A stretch of DNA of 64,000 nt from an uncultured Methanoregulaceae archaeon (GCA_963717525.1 OY970343.1:1-64000); one strand, 5' to 3'. Numbered from the stretch's first letter, positions 9,455 to 21,250 are shown. The notes: generated by a model not told the origin, from the sequence alone. A program made the numbers and translations.

Positions 9455-12147
9455 GTGCATGTTCCTGAAGCGTTCCGCTTATCTTCCCCGCGCCCCAATC
9501 ATGTGAATGTGACGCACGAGCCGCCGGTAAAAAAGATCCTCTACTGGTGCGACCGGTGCAACGTCCCGCTGATAGGACGGACCTGCGCCTGCGGTGCGGA
9601 TGGCAGGGAGATCGAACTCCTCCAGCCGTACGACGTACGGCCGGCGCTTGCCGCGGATATGGCACTTATAAAAAACCTCATCCGCGAACGGTTCGGGAAC
9701 GTCCCGGTCCAGACGGTCCTCCTCCTCAACAAGACCGGAGGCGTGGACCGGGCAGACCTCGTGATCGCCCACGGCCACCGGTTTGGCTGGCTCTCCTTTG
9801 ACCCGGTGACGCGGAAGTACTCGTTTGATCTCTCCCCGGAGGCACTCCCGTACATTCTCAAGCACATAACAACCGGGATCCTCGACCTCGAGACCGGCAT
9901 TGAGCACGGGCAGGGGCAGGGACGGATGGGGGGCAAGAAGTTCCGGCTCAAAACTCCCCACCCTGACGGGACTGCGATCGTGAAGCTCAAAAACCGGTTC
10001 GGCACCGGGACCGTCAGGGACGGCCAGGTCCGGGTCCGGGAGCTCGCCCCGGTCGAGCCCCGCACCGGGAAGAACCCGGACTGGGCGCAGGTTGTCCAGC
10101 AGAACCGTTACCACCTGAAAAACCTCGAACGCAACGCCGTCCGCATGATCAGGCAGCATGTCCATGATCGCCCGGTGTGCAACGTCTCGTTCTCGGGAGG
10201 CAAAGACAGCACCGCGGTGCTCACCCTGGCAAAGAAAGCCGGGGTCACTGACGCGTTCTTTCTCGATACTGGTATCGAATTCCCCGAGACGGTCGCCTTT
10301 GTGAGATCACAGGGTGTTCCCGTAATAGAAAAGGCCGGGGACTTCTTTGCCGCGGCAGAGAAGGCCGGGCCCCCGGGAAAGGACAACCGGTGGTGCTGCA
10401 GACTCCTGAAACTCCGGCCGCTCAAGCTCCACCTTGCGGAGGTCGGTCCCTGTGTCACGGTGCAGGGCAACCGGTGGTACGAGTCGTGGAACCGTGCATC
10501 GCTTGAAGAGACCAGCCAGAACCCCGCAAACCCGCTCCAGCTCAACATCTCCCCGATACGGAACTGGCGGGCTCTCGAGGTTTTTCTCTACCTCTGGTGG
10601 CAGAAGGCCGAAATTAACCCACTCTATGAACGGGGTATCGAGAGGATCGGGTGTTATGTCTGCCCGTCCATGCTCGAAAGCGAGTACCGAGGATCTCCGG
10701 GCCATGCACCCGGACTATGCCCGGCGCTGGGACGCGTTCCTTTCGGCCTACGCAAAAAAGAGAGGGCTGCCCGATGCGTTCCACAGATGGGGGCTCTGGC
10801 GCTGGAAGGCGCTGCCGCCCAAGATGCGGGAGCTTTGCCGTGACCGGGGGATCCCGGTGCGGGACGATTACACCCTTCAGGCTGAACCGCCGGCAGGACG
10901 GGAAGAAACGGTTGAAATAGCAGGAGAAAGAACCATGGAACCGGATATGGCAGCACAGGAGACCGGGGGGTATGATGTCGATGCGATCCGCAGGGACTTC
11001 CCTATTCTCGCCGATATCATCTACCTTGACAATGCCGCGACCAGTTTCTCTCCCGAACCCGTCATCGCTGCGATGGTCGAGTTCGAGCACCGGTACCGGG
11101 CAAACGTGGGGCGGGGCGTCCACCGGCTCACGAGCATAGCAAGCCATCGGTACTGGCACGCCCACGAGAAGGTGGCAGAGTTCATCGGGGGGAAAAACGG
11201 TGTCACCGTTTTTACGAAAAACACTACCGAATCGGTGAACATGGTCGCCCAGGGCCTTGTCTGGAAGACCGGCGACCGGGTCATCACCACCATCCTCGAA
11301 CACCACTCAAATCTCCTCCCCTGGCGCCGGCTCGCCCGCCAGGGCGTCGCCACGGATAGTATCGGCATCAGCCCGGATTATACGCTTGACCTTGCCGCGC
11401 TGGAGCGGGCGATCACGGAATCCACCCGGCTCGTGGCCGTCACGCAGGCGTCAAACGTGCTCGGAGTGGTAACGCCCGTCAGGGAAATTGCCAGAATCTG
11501 CCACGGCCGGGGCGTGCTCCTCCTCGTTGACGGGGCGCAGGCCGTCCCGCACCTGCCGGTGGACGTAGAGGAACTCGGGTGCGATTTCTACTGTTTCTCG
11601 GGCCACAAGATGGCCGGGCCGACCGGGACCGGCGTGCTCTGGATGAAGGAGCCCTGCATAGAGCCGTTGGTGCTGGGCGGCGGCATGGTCGAGACGGTCA
11701 CTGCTGACGGGTACACGCCGGCGCAGGGTTACCAGCAGTACGAGGCGGGTACGCCCAATATCGCGGGGGGTATCGGCCTTGGCGTCGCGGTAGACTACCT
11801 CCAGGCGATCGGGATGGAACAGATCCACCGGTACGAGACAGATCTCACCAGCCGGCTGATCGAGATGCTTTCAAAGAACGACCGGGTCCGCGTGTATGCT
11901 CCCAAAGACCCGGCGCACCGGATCGGGGTCGTCTCCTTTACGGTCGATGGTTTCCACCCCCACGAAGTAGCCCAGCAGATCGACGAGGCGGCAGACATCA
12001 TGGTGACGATCCGGCCACCACTGCTGCCAGCCGCTCGTAGAAAGCCTTGGTCTTCCTGGCGGGACCGTGCGGGCCAGCCTTGCATTCTATAACACCCGGC
12101 AGGAGATTGACCTGCTCGTGGCAACGCTCGACGAGTTGACCCGGTGA
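9455..12147 (+). CDS. PAPS-reductase-family domain fused to SufS-type cysteine desulfurase (two frameshifts)
   Basis: CDRC..CAC Zn finger, SFSGGKDS PP-loop, WCC and CYVCP; then YLDNAAT, FSGHK, and RSGHHC after the shift at ~12007; shift at ~10688 joins the halves; true start may be GTG ~9503-9509. Confidence 0.85.
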
Positions 12148-12210
12148 AGGTGGAGGAAAGCACATTTTTTTGACTCTGTAATCATTATTTGTCTGCCTCC
12201 GATGACACTC

Positions 12211-12365
12211 TTGGGGGCTGCCGCCCCCGCCGCTCGGGCATCCCCCGGTTGCGATGATGATGTATTACCTATACGCATAAGTATCAGGGTTTTTTTACGT
12301 GGGTAATATGGAGGCATCGTGCTGCGCCCCGTCCCCCCCGGGGACTGGCGATGCAAGAGGGGGCA
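12211..12365. repeat. GC-rich palindromic intergenic element
   Basis: GGGGGC-TGCC-GCCCCC and GTCCCC..GGGGAC hairpins; similar style at 38331-38470 and 58866-58895. Confidence 0.4.
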
Positions 12366-12500
12366 AAAAGCCGTGAAGGAAATTTTCCACAGGTATCGCT
12401 GTTCTTACCTCCCTGCCCACGGTTTATTACACCTCCCGCCCCAGATGACTATACGAATCCGCACTGAGCAGACCCGTGCGGGAACTCCGGGTGATACCCT

Positions 12501-13300
12501 ATGGACAACCAGGTCTTCTCTGACATTTTTGCCCGGGCGAGGGAGCAGCACCCCCTCGTCCACCACATCACCAATTACGTGACCGTAAACGACTGTGCCA
12601 ACATCACCATCTGTGCCGGGGGCGCACCGGTGATGGCGGACGCCGGCGAGGAGGCAGGGGAGATGGCAGGCTTTGCCGGCGCCCTTGTCCTCAACATCGG
12701 GACGCTTAACCCCGGGATCATCGAGAGCATGATCCTCGCCGGGAGGGTGGCTAACGAGCGCAAGATCCCGATCATCCTTGACCCGGTCGGGGCAGGAGCG
12801 ACCCGTTCCGGACAGAGAGCACCCGGCGCCTTCTCGATGAACTGACCATTGCCATCATCAAGGGAAACGCCGGGGAGATAGGCGTGCTTGCGGGAGCTGA
12901 AGCGAAGGTGCGGGGTGTCGATTCAGCGGGGATCAACGGCGATCCGGTAGTCATCACCAGAACGTTTGCACGCGACACCGGGATCACGGTCGTGATGAGC
13001 GGGGCAACCGATATTGTCACGGATGGGAAACGGGTCATTCTGGTGAAGAACGGCCACCCGATGATGGGCCGGATCTCGGGGACCGGCTGCATGGCCACCT
13101 CGGTGACCGGGGTCTGCGCAGCGGTTGAGGGCGACAGGGTGATGGCAGCGGCAACTGCCCTTGCCGCGTTCGGGCTTGCCGGGGAGCGGGCAGCGGCACG
13201 AAGCCGGGGCCCCGGTTCCTTCAAGCCGGCGCTCTTCGATGCGATGGCAGCACTCACCCCAGAAGATGTTCTCGCGGGTGCACGGGTAACATCCATGTGA
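12501..13300 (+). CDS. thiM: Hydroxyethylthiazole kinase (frameshift near 12808)
   Basis: [39 protein letters not shown]. Confidence 0.93.
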
Positions 13301-13307
13301 AAAAGGT

Positions 13308-13946
13308 ATGAACCTCGATCTCAACGTTATCACAGATGAAGCGATCGCCTCCGGACGTACCCACGCGGAGATCGCCCGCCTTGCCTGCGCAGGAGGCGCC
13401 GATGCGATCCAGCTCCGGGACAAGTGCTGCGGGATGCGGGAGCTCTGCCGCACCGGCCGGGAGATCCGTGCGATCACGAAAGAGACCGGGGCGCTCTTTA
13501 TCGTGAACGACCGGCTGGACGTTGCCCTTGCCTGCGGGGCGGACGGCGTCCACCTCGGGCAGGACGACCTCCGCGTGGAGGTGGCACGGCAGCTGGCACC
13601 ACGCCCCTTCGTGATTGGCGCCTCGGTTGGAAACGTGGACGAGGCGGTTATCGCAGAAGAAGCCGGGGCAGATTACGTAGCCGTGAGCCCGGTCTTTTCC
13701 ACAGCGTCCAAGGACAATGCCGGCCCCGGCCTTGGGCTTGCAGCACTGCGGGAGATCCGGGCGGTGGTAACGATACCGGTGATTGCCATCGGGGGGGTCA
13801 GCAGGGAGAACGTGGGCGAGGTGATAAGGGCGGGTGCTGATGGAGTCGCCGTAATCTCTGCGGTGGTCGGGCAGCCGGACATCACGGCCGCCGCCCGTGA
13901 TCTCAAAGACCGGATCGCAGCCGCACAACGGGAGCGACTGCGATGA
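13308..13946 (+). CDS. thiE: Thiamine-phosphate synthase
   Basis: IQLRDK, VNDRLDVA, GVHLGQDD, AIGG; directly follows thiM. Confidence 0.95.
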   Translation: MNLDLNVITDEAIASGRTHAEIARLACAGGADAIQLRDKCCGMRELCRTGREIRAITKETGALFIVNDRLDVALACGADGVHLGQDDLRVEVARQLAPRPFVIGASVGNVDEAVIAEEAGADYVAVSPVFSTASKDNAGPGLGLAALREIRAVVTIPVIAIGGVSRENVGEVIRAGADGVAVISAVVGQPDITAAARDLKDRIAAAQRERLR

Positions 13947-14329
13947 CGTCAGGTTCGCCACGGTTCGTGCTCCACGAGCATTTCTCGCAGCACCATCATT
14001 TTGACTTCCGCCTGGAGCGTGACGGAATGCTCGCGAGCTGGGCTGTCCCCAAAGGGCTGCCGGCGACGCCCGGCGAACGCCGGCTTGCCATTCAGGTAGA
14101 GAATCATCCCCTCTCCTACAGGGACTTCGAGGGCACGATCCCGGAAGGGGAGTACGGAGCAGGCGAAGTGAAGATCGCCGATGCAGGCACATATGAGACC
14201 CTCGCATGGACCAGCGAACGCATCGAGGTCGTGCTCCACGGGAAGCAGTTCTCCGGGAAGTACGTGATCCTACGGTTTAAAAAATCCGGGGAGAAGAACT
14301 GGATAATTCTGAAGGGAAAAGAGGGATGA
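13943..14329 (+). CDS. Stand-alone LigD 3'-phosphoesterase domain
   Basis: HEH, HFDFRLE, SWAVPKG, RLAIQVENHPLSY, YGAG. Confidence 0.92.
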   Translation: MTSGSPRFVLHEHFSQHHHFDFRLERDGMLASWAVPKGLPATPGERRLAIQVENHPLSYRDFEGTIPEGEYGAGEVKIADAGTYETLAWTSERIEVVLHGKQFSGKYVILRFKKSGEKNWIILKGKEG

Positions 14330-14439
14330 TCAGCAGCACCGGGACAGGGCACGCCGCATCTTCCGGGATCCCGGTCATAACTGCAAGAATATTGGCAGTT
14401 ATCGCCGGGTCTTTTTAGTTTTCCCGTAGATAAGAACGT

Positions 14440-14922
14440 ATGAAGTACCCAACCCTTGTCATCCTCATCGTGGGTATCGCGGCTATCGTTGCGGCCGGGT
14501 GCACCGCAACCTCCCCCGCCACCCCGCAGAATGCCACTGCGTTGCCATCCGGGACGGTTTTGGTTGCGATCCGCCCCGACATCACGCATTACACCGTGTT
14601 CATGTCATCTGCCCCGGGTATTGGGCTCTCCCCCAATATCACCGGCCCGCCCCCGTCCGGGAACCTTACCTATGTATGGAAGACCGACTACGGCCATTTC
14701 CTTGGCTGGAGCACCCCGGATTACACTGTCAGGGAACTGGGCACGACCGTAACGGGCAATGTGACAAAGGTGTACTGGACGTATGACGGCACGAACACAA
14801 GCGTTTCCCGACCGCCGGTGCATATTACGCTCGATGTTATAGACCCTGCCTCCGGTGCCACGCTCGGGAATGCGGAACAGACGATCGGCTGGGATGCGAA
14901 TGGTATGGCAGTGATCGGGTAA
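14440..14922 (+). CDS. Putative lipoprotein, hypothetical
   Basis: Signal peptide ending VAAGC; N-x-S/T sequons. Confidence 0.75.
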   Translation: MKYPTLVILIVGIAAIVAAGCTATSPATPQNATALPSGTVLVAIRPDITHYTVFMSSAPGIGLSPNITGPPPSGNLTYVWKTDYGHFLGWSTPDYTVRELGTTVTGNVTKVYWTYDGTNTSVSRPPVHITLDVIDPASGATLGNAEQTIGWDANGMAVIG

Positions 14923-14947
14923 CCATTTAAAAAATACAGGCAAAAAG

Positions 14948-14963
14948 AGAAGCCGCCGGAGGG
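14948..14963 (-). repeat. Distal att site (copy of tRNA-Thr 3' end)
   Basis: Exact 16-bp match to 57599-57614; followed on the minus strand by T-rich CTTTTTGCCTGTATTTTT, like the original tRNA terminator. Confidence 0.85.
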
Positions 14964-15158
14964 CAGCCCGGTCGCTGGGTGAAATCCGCTTCATTCCAGC
15001 TTTTTTTCATGAAATCCTCCCCAAATTGGGTTAGAATCCAAATACGCGCGGTACCCTGATAAATCTTTTGAATGTCTGTACAGACATGAGGCTACGAGGA
15101 TGAAAGATCCGGTAAAAATTCCGTGCCGTTGTCGTTTTGTTAAAAACTCGCTATCTAG

Positions 15159-15356
15159 GACATTGACACCCCCGGGGCGCCGCTGGCCACCGGGATCTCG
15201 GCCTCGCTTGGGGTCTTCTCGGGAAAGATTGCGCTTTCAAGCGGCCACGCGATCGAGCTTGCAAAAGACGCTCCGGTCATTCTCGTGCGGCAGACCGCAA
15301 CTCCCGATGATATTGGCGGCATCCAATCATCTGGCGGCCTCCTCACGGTCCGGAAA
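15159..15356 (+). pseudogene. Fragment of pyruvate,phosphate dikinase / PEP-utilising mobile domain
   Basis: LATGISASLGVFSGKIAL...VILVRQTATPDDIGG..GGLLTVR; no start, stops before the TSHAA phospho-His motif. Confidence 0.7.
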
Positions 15357-15416
15357 GCGGGCCCTCAAAAAAACAGCTTTTTTTGTCCTTTTTTCTGCAA
15401 CCGGGCAGGCACCGCC

Positions 15417-17022
15417 TCAGGACCGGTCCCCGGCACGACGCCAGGCACACGGGGGTACCGTGATCCAAAAACAGGCCCCCTCGCCGGGCGTTCCGGTCTC
15501 GCGAATCGTAATCCCCGAGATCCCGAGAATCTCCCGGGCCAAGAAAAGGCCCTGCCCGGTATTTTTCCCATAGCCGGAGGCAAAGATCTGCTCCTTTTCC
15601 GCATCTGGAATCCCCGTGCCGTTGTCGGCACAGGTGAGAATGAGGGCCGTCCCCTCCAATCGGGCAGAAAAGGTGATCCGGGAGAGGGTTCTCCCGTACC
15701 GGAGGGCGTTGTCGATAAGGTTATAGAAGACCTTCTCGAGCATGGCGTCTGCGAAGACCTCGAAGCCCTCGTCAGCCATCACGGATACGGTCACCGGCCC
15801 GCAGGCCGCGGAGGCTGCGGCCCGCAACACCACGGCGTGCACGTTCTGCCACTGCGGGGCATGCACCCCGATGTTCTGGTAATCGCGGGTAAATGTGATC
15901 TGCTGCTGGATTCGGCGTGTGCTGTCCTTGATACCGGAAAGGAGGTGGCCGGTCTCTTCCGGATCGGAGAGCCGGGAGAGGGCCATGTCCTCTAGGCCGA
16001 GCAGCCCGGTGATCGTGTTGAGGATGTCGTGGCGGATGATGTTGTTTAAGAGGTTAAGTTTCCGGTTTGCAAGCCGGAGCGCATCGCTCACCCGACGCAG
16101 CTCCGCAAGCGTAAGATCGCGCTCCATCATCTCGAACGCAAACGAGAGATCGTCGGTGAGCTCCTGCAGGAGCGCCAGCTCCCGGTCGTTGAAGAAGTTG
16201 CATTCCGCCGCGTAAAACCGCATGGCCCCCACGACCGTGCTTCCGTTCCTGATGGGAAACGCGGCGGACGAGCAGTAGCCGCGCCGGGTCGCTTCCACCC
16301 GGAAGTCCTCCATCCGGGAGTCAGACGGGATGTCGTTGCAGATCAACGGCCTGCTCTCCCGGATGCAGGAGCCGGTCAGGCCCATGCCCTGCGGCACGTT
16401 ATCGGTGGTGATGGAGAGCAGGCTCAGGTACCCTGCCTCGTACCCGGAGGCAGCAACCGGCCTGACCTCCCGGGTGACAGGGTCCACAAGACCTATCCAT
16501 GCCATAAGAAACTTCCCCTCCTCAACTGCGATCCGGCAGGCCTCGTCAAGGAGTGCCTGCCGGTCCCGGATATGGATGATCGCCCGGTTGGTCCGGGAGA
16601 TCACCGAGTACAGGCGATTGAGGTGGAGGACTGTCTCCTGGGCCCGCCTCTTCTCCACGGTGCTCCGGACTGCATGGATCAGCTCGGTGAACTGGGACTT
16701 GAGGATCGCCGCCTTTCTGGAGGTAGCGGTCCGCCCCGGAGTTGAGGGCCTCCATGGCCACCTCCTCCCGCCCCCGGCCGGTGAAGATGATTAAGGGGAG
16801 CACCGGGTACCGGGCACGGACGGCCTTCAAAAATTCGATCCCGTCCATGCCCGGCATCTGGTAGTCCGAGATCACGACGTCCCAGGATGCGTCCCGGAGT
16901 TTTTTTAGGCCTTCCCCTGCCGAGGAGGCTGTATCGACCCGGATGCTGCCCGACTTTTCAAGAAAGAGCTTGCCGATTTCGAGCTGGTCGGGATCATCAT
17001 CTACGTAGAGGGCTGAGATCAT
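15417..17022 (-). CDS. REC-GAF-histidine kinase (frameshift near 16700)
   Basis: YVDDD, SDYQMPGMDG receiver; GAF; IRHDILN H-box; NLIDNA, DNGTG, GQGL. Confidence 0.9.
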
Positions 17023-17671
17023 GGGTCACGGGATCCGGGAAGCGCAGTGATGAATTCTTTCCCCTGTGTGAATTTAAGGATTATGATACGCCTGCCGTCG
17101 GCATCTCGTGTTATTCACGGGGGGCCGGCAGGAATGTGAAGGTGCCGTTGCGATGCCCTGCCGTCATGCCCGGTGAAGGTTATGAGGGGGAATACCGGTT
17201 TTCCCTTCCGGCATCAGGATCTCGAAGCGTGCTCCCTTCCCCGGTTCCCCGATCTCGCGGATCGTCGTGCCAGCTCTGTCAAGTTCTTCGGCAGGTTGTC
17301 ATTTTTCTTCGGAGTGTTAACTTTCAGAAATGCCGACAACTTGACAGAACCAATTTTCAATAGACCTGGTGTTATCAAGCAATGCTCAGGTGAAATCATG
17401 AAATTTGGGATGGCACCAAAAAATGGCCCGAAAATTGGTCCAACTTTCAGTACCTGCATACCGACGTGAACAATAAGGAGAACTGCTAATAGCACTGGAA
17501 ATCAAAAAACAATACCTGTTTGGGGTCTGAGTTTTCAGGATACAAGAATAAGATGATAACAATCGATTTTTTTAAAGTACATGGATTATAACTATATTTA
17601 ACTATTGAGTGTCTGCACAAAAATATATAAATATCAGGGGCCAGAATGATAAATGTATACGGTAATTCAGG

Positions 17672-18019
17672 ATGAAAACAGGTTACGGTTGGATTGAAAT
17701 CGATGCGGTCCGATACGACCATGACATCATCGTTCACCGGGATCGTTCAGTTGAGAAAAGATCCAAGAAAAAATCCCGGAAATATCGTGATTTCTTTAAC
17801 CACACTCCTCTCACAGATAGCGAGCTTGCATTTCTCGATAAAGAAAAGCCCGATATTGTCTATATTGGAACCGGACAATTCGGAGATCTTCCTATCACAT
17901 CGGAAGCCCTGCTGGTCTTGGCGAAGTTCAAGTCAATTATTCGGCCGACGCCGGAGATCATGAATTTTTTCTCCTCCGAATATCGTTCATTCGCAGCGAT
18001 TCTCCATGTGAAGTGCTAG
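17672..18019 (+). CDS. Mth938-like domain protein
   Basis: YGWIEID..YDHDI, PDIVYIGTGQFG, ILHVKC. Confidence 0.8.
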   Translation: MKTGYGWIEIDAVRYDHDIIVHRDRSVEKRSKKKSRKYRDFFNHTPLTDSELAFLDKEKPDIVYIGTGQFGDLPITSEALLVLAKFKSIIRPTPEIMNFFSSEYRSFAAILHVKC

Positions 18020-18223
18020 GAGTTTTTGTAAACGAAACGCACCTGAATCTTCCCGGTGCCTTGATATGGTTGAAAAAGGTTTCACAAACTCATACCAACA
18101 GTTATTTAATAGGAATAACCCAATCGGGGTTATAAATAACTCAGTGATATCGTTACTGATAAGGTAGCCGGGAACAAAAAGACCCGGACTGCTCTGGCGA
18201 ATTCATGAACAGGGAGATTTAGA

Positions 18224-18581
18224 ATGGCAAAGAAAGGTGCAGATAAAGATCTCAAAGATCTCAAGAAGAAGATCGGAAAAGTTCCGAAATTCTTTAAGGA
18301 ACTCATGGAAAAAGACCCCGAAATGTTCAAGCTCGTGATGAAGTTTGAACAACATATCTGGGACGACGGGGCGCTCTCACGAAAGACCAAAAAATTGATC
18401 GCGATTGCGATCGCCGCGGCCCTGCGCGACCAGCACGCTGTCTACGCTCAGATGGGCGGTGCAGCTGAGCTGGGCGTCACAAAAGAGGAGATCGAAGAAG
18501 CGCTCAGGGTTGCCTTCCTGCTTTCGGGCATGCCCGGCATATGTATATGGCAAAGCCCAGATGGATGAAGTGATGAAATAA
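18224..18581 (+). CDS. Carboxymuconolactone decarboxylase / AhpD-like protein (frameshift near 18535)
   Basis: GALSRKTKKLIAIAIA, GVTKEEIEEAL; no CxxC. Confidence 0.8.
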
Positions 18582-18677
18582 GACAGGGAGTTGTCCGTAA
18601 TCCGAATATACTGGACTTCAGCACTTGGTTATCATTTTTTTATCCAGTTAAAAATTACATAAAGGTTGTGTTTCACT

Positions 18678-19172
18678 ATGGATCTCTTCGTTCTCCGGCA
18701 TGGGAAGGCGGGGCAGTCTTCTGATGGTCCCGATGATAGTGCACGGGTGCTCACGACCGAGGGCAGAAGCGAGATACGGAAAGTGGCACGATGGCTGCGG
18801 TCGAGAAAAATCCGGTTTGACGTCATTGCCACGAGCCCGCTGACCCGGGCTCATCAGACAGCGGAAATTGTTGCCCGGTCGATCGACCAAAAAGACCGGC
18901 TCGAAATCTGGGATGATCTTGCGCCCGGTGGCGATCCTGATACCGTTTGCTATCATGCCGCACAGTATGGCAAAGATGCGTTGATCCTCATTATCGGACA
19001 CGAACCGGCGTTATCCCGTCTCGTCGGCCGAATTATTACTGGAGGGAGTTCGGCCTCTCTAGTCCTCGTCAAAGGAGGTCTGGCAAAAATCCGAAACTAT
19101 TCGTTCAACGAACGGCCGTCCGGTGACCTTCAATGGCTGCTCACGCCCCGGCAAATGAAGGAAAAGCGTTAG
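18678..19172 (+). CDS. sixA: Phosphohistidine phosphatase SixA
   Basis: LRHGKA, TSPLTRAHQTA, IGHEP. Confidence 0.9.
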   Translation: MDLFVLRHGKAGQSSDGPDDSARVLTTEGRSEIRKVARWLRSRKIRFDVIATSPLTRAHQTAEIVARSIDQKDRLEIWDDLAPGGDPDTVCYHAAQYGKDALILIIGHEPALSRLVGRIITGGSSASLVLVKGGLAKIRNYSFNERPSGDLQWLLTPRQMKEKR

Positions 19173-19388
19173 GGTATAGTGTAAGTTTATTCACTTCTTG
19201 GCTCATGCTCCGAGGATGCTTGCAGTTAGTAAGCCCGGCCTGTGAGCTCGCATGCTCATCTGGTGGCGTTACTGATAGGAGGGGGAATCAATTTATGTCA
19301 ATGAAAGGAAGTGCATCAACCTCTCGATAGAGAGATCAACCCTTTTTTTGTTCCCTCTCATGCTCCATTTTATCCGCGAAATCCAAAT

Positions 19389-20126
19389 TCAGGCAGAGAC
19401 AATCACGTCGATAGATCGTTCACTGTTTTTCTTCCTCGCAGCTGCCTGCTCGATCCGGGCGTAATTTCTCAGGATACCGGTCAGCGTATCGTATAATTCC
19501 TGGTTCTTAGTGAGAAACAGAAACATGACCGTGTTGTCAGCGATTATAACCGGGGCAGCACCTGTTAGCGTTAAAACATCAGCAAATTTCCTTTTCGGCT
19601 CATCCGGGGCTGGCGGCCGCCGACGCTGATAGTGCTGGTAAATCATGAGAATTGATTCGTCATCGAGTTGGTCATAAAATTTTTTCAGTTCAGAAAAAGA
19701 TAGGTGTTTTTCTGTAAAATTTTTCTCCTTGATCCCCGTATCCGGATCGATAAAAATCAATGCGGCTGTGGGAAAATTTTCGTAAATACCTCCGAAATAC
19801 TCATCGCGTTTCTGTTTTGAGAAGATCTCGCTTTTTTCGATTCGTATCCGGACTTTCTTTTTATTGATATCTGTCTTGAGTTCCTTGATGTAACTTTTCA
19901 ATTCATCGTAATAGTGGTCGACTTCTTCCGTTCTCCTGAGCCGCCTGAAACAGGCAATCAGGTCGGTGTTCCGGCAACCGGGATTTCCTTTGAAATTTGG
20001 ATCATATTTTGTCAGCATGGGAACGATAACGATACGATCGATCCTGCCTCTGAATCCTTTGACGAGGGACGTGATAAGATCGTACTTAAACAGGTCCCTG
20101 GTATCGCCAAAATATTTCGCATTCAT
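19389..20126 (-). CDS. Conserved hypothetical protein (possibly methyltransferase-like fold)
   Basis: YFGDTRDLFKY N-terminus, LIFIDPDTG, MIYQH; lower GC. Confidence 0.6.
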   Translation of the reverse strand: MNAKYFGDTRDLFKYDLITSLVKGFRGRIDRIVIVPMLTKYDPNFKGNPGCRNTDLIACFRRLRRTEEVDHYYDELKSYIKELKTDINKKKVRIRIEKSEIFSKQKRDEYFGGIYENFPTAALIFIDPDTGIKEKNFTEKHLSFSELKKFYDQLDDESILMIYQHYQRRRPPAPDEPKRKFADVLTLTGAAPVIIADNTVMFLFLTKNQELYDTLTGILRNYARIEQAAARKKNSERSIDVIVSA

Positions 20127-20491
20127 CTCTCAATCCCTACATGTGGATAGAGAACGGGAGCGTAAAAAAGGTATGGTTCCGATGCCCGTTGGGTTGTGTC
20201 TGCGGTTAATGATCCGTTTTCATTTCGGTAATATCTTCGAATCAACTGCCAACGTATGGGGCATTTCAACTGATAGAATTTTTTTCGGAAGCTAGGTTTT
20301 AAAAGCAGAACGACCACCTCATTGAATCGGCGGGAACTGGGGTTCTTCTGCGGGAAATCAAACCTCCTGCTTAACGGAGTAACCAGTGCCGAATATCGTG
20401 TAGCCGCCAAACGCGAGGGAGATGCCGCGAAGAGAAAATATATATATATTCTCTAAATTAAGTATATATTTAATCTCAAAACTCTATTCAC

Positions 20492-21208
20492 ATGGTACAA
20501 GCTGTTGAGCACTGGACGGAAACGACGCATTTTGACCTTACCGATATCGCGGCGCTTCATATGGGGCTGTCCTGCACCCAGCGTGAAATCCTCTGTCGAA
20601 ATATAATGGTACCCGACCGGTGGGGTATGCTTGACAAGATACGGCATTATATGCCCCTCTGCTCTGTCTTTGCAGGTGAGCTGACACGGGATGCAATCCG
20701 CACCGTAAAAGGTGCTCCCCGTGAGACGATCGGGCTGGAGAAACTCGGTTACGCGATGCACTTCCTGCAGGATGCAGGAAATCCATGGCATGCCCGCCCA
20801 CTCCTGCCATCGTGCCAGAAAAATCACTCCGTTTATGAAGACTATGTCGCACGGAATATGAGGACGGGATTTTGCTTCCGTCACGCACTTATGAATAGAC
20901 CAGACAAAGGGATCATTCATCCCCAGTTTACGCAGCGGATCGGAGATGGCGCTGCGCACCTTGCCCGGCAGGCAGTACAACACTTCCCGTTTCTCGATGC
21001 CTGCATCCGGACCGACCCGTCGTGGCAGGAGAGCGAAGAGGTTGCGCAAGTAACCCTCTCCCTCCTGAGCGCGTGCCTGCAGATGTGCGAAACCCAGATC
21101 CATTCATTTTCAATCCGGGCGGAATCGCAGATATTACGGCCTATTCGCTTGCCGGTCGCGGTGACTTGGACATTTCTTGGATCTGATGAACGGAGACTTA
21201 CAACATGA
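20492..21208 (+). CDS. Zinc-dependent phospholipase C / P1-nuclease superfamily protein, no signal peptide
   Basis: W-x4-H at N-terminus, PD, RHY, LGYAMHFLQD..NPWH, HSVYE zinc-ligand pattern. Confidence 0.8.
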   Translation: MVQAVEHWTETTHFDLTDIAALHMGLSCTQREILCRNIMVPDRWGMLDKIRHYMPLCSVFAGELTRDAIRTVKGAPRETIGLEKLGYAMHFLQDAGNPWHARPLLPSCQKNHSVYEDYVARNMRTGFCFRHALMNRPDKGIIHPQFTQRIGDGAAHLARQAVQHFPFLDACIRTDPSWQESEEVAQVTLSLLSACLQMCETQIHSFSIRAESQILRPIRLPVAVTWTFLGSDERRLTT

Positions 21209-21250
21209 CAATCCGGTGGGCCGGTGCGTAATTACGGATAAGGATGGTTA

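Noticed and set aside
12420..12500. TPP riboswitch upstream of thiM
   Set aside because: Only a simple CCGCAC/GTGCGG hairpin; the conserved TPP aptamer core is not recognisable.
13943..14329. LigD phosphoesterase as a full NHEJ system
   Set aside because: No Ku, ligase or polymerase domain nearby; stand-alone PE domains are known in methanogens.
17173..17737. Short ORFs between the hybrid kinase and the Mth938-like gene
   Set aside because: No recognisable motif or convincing start; not called.
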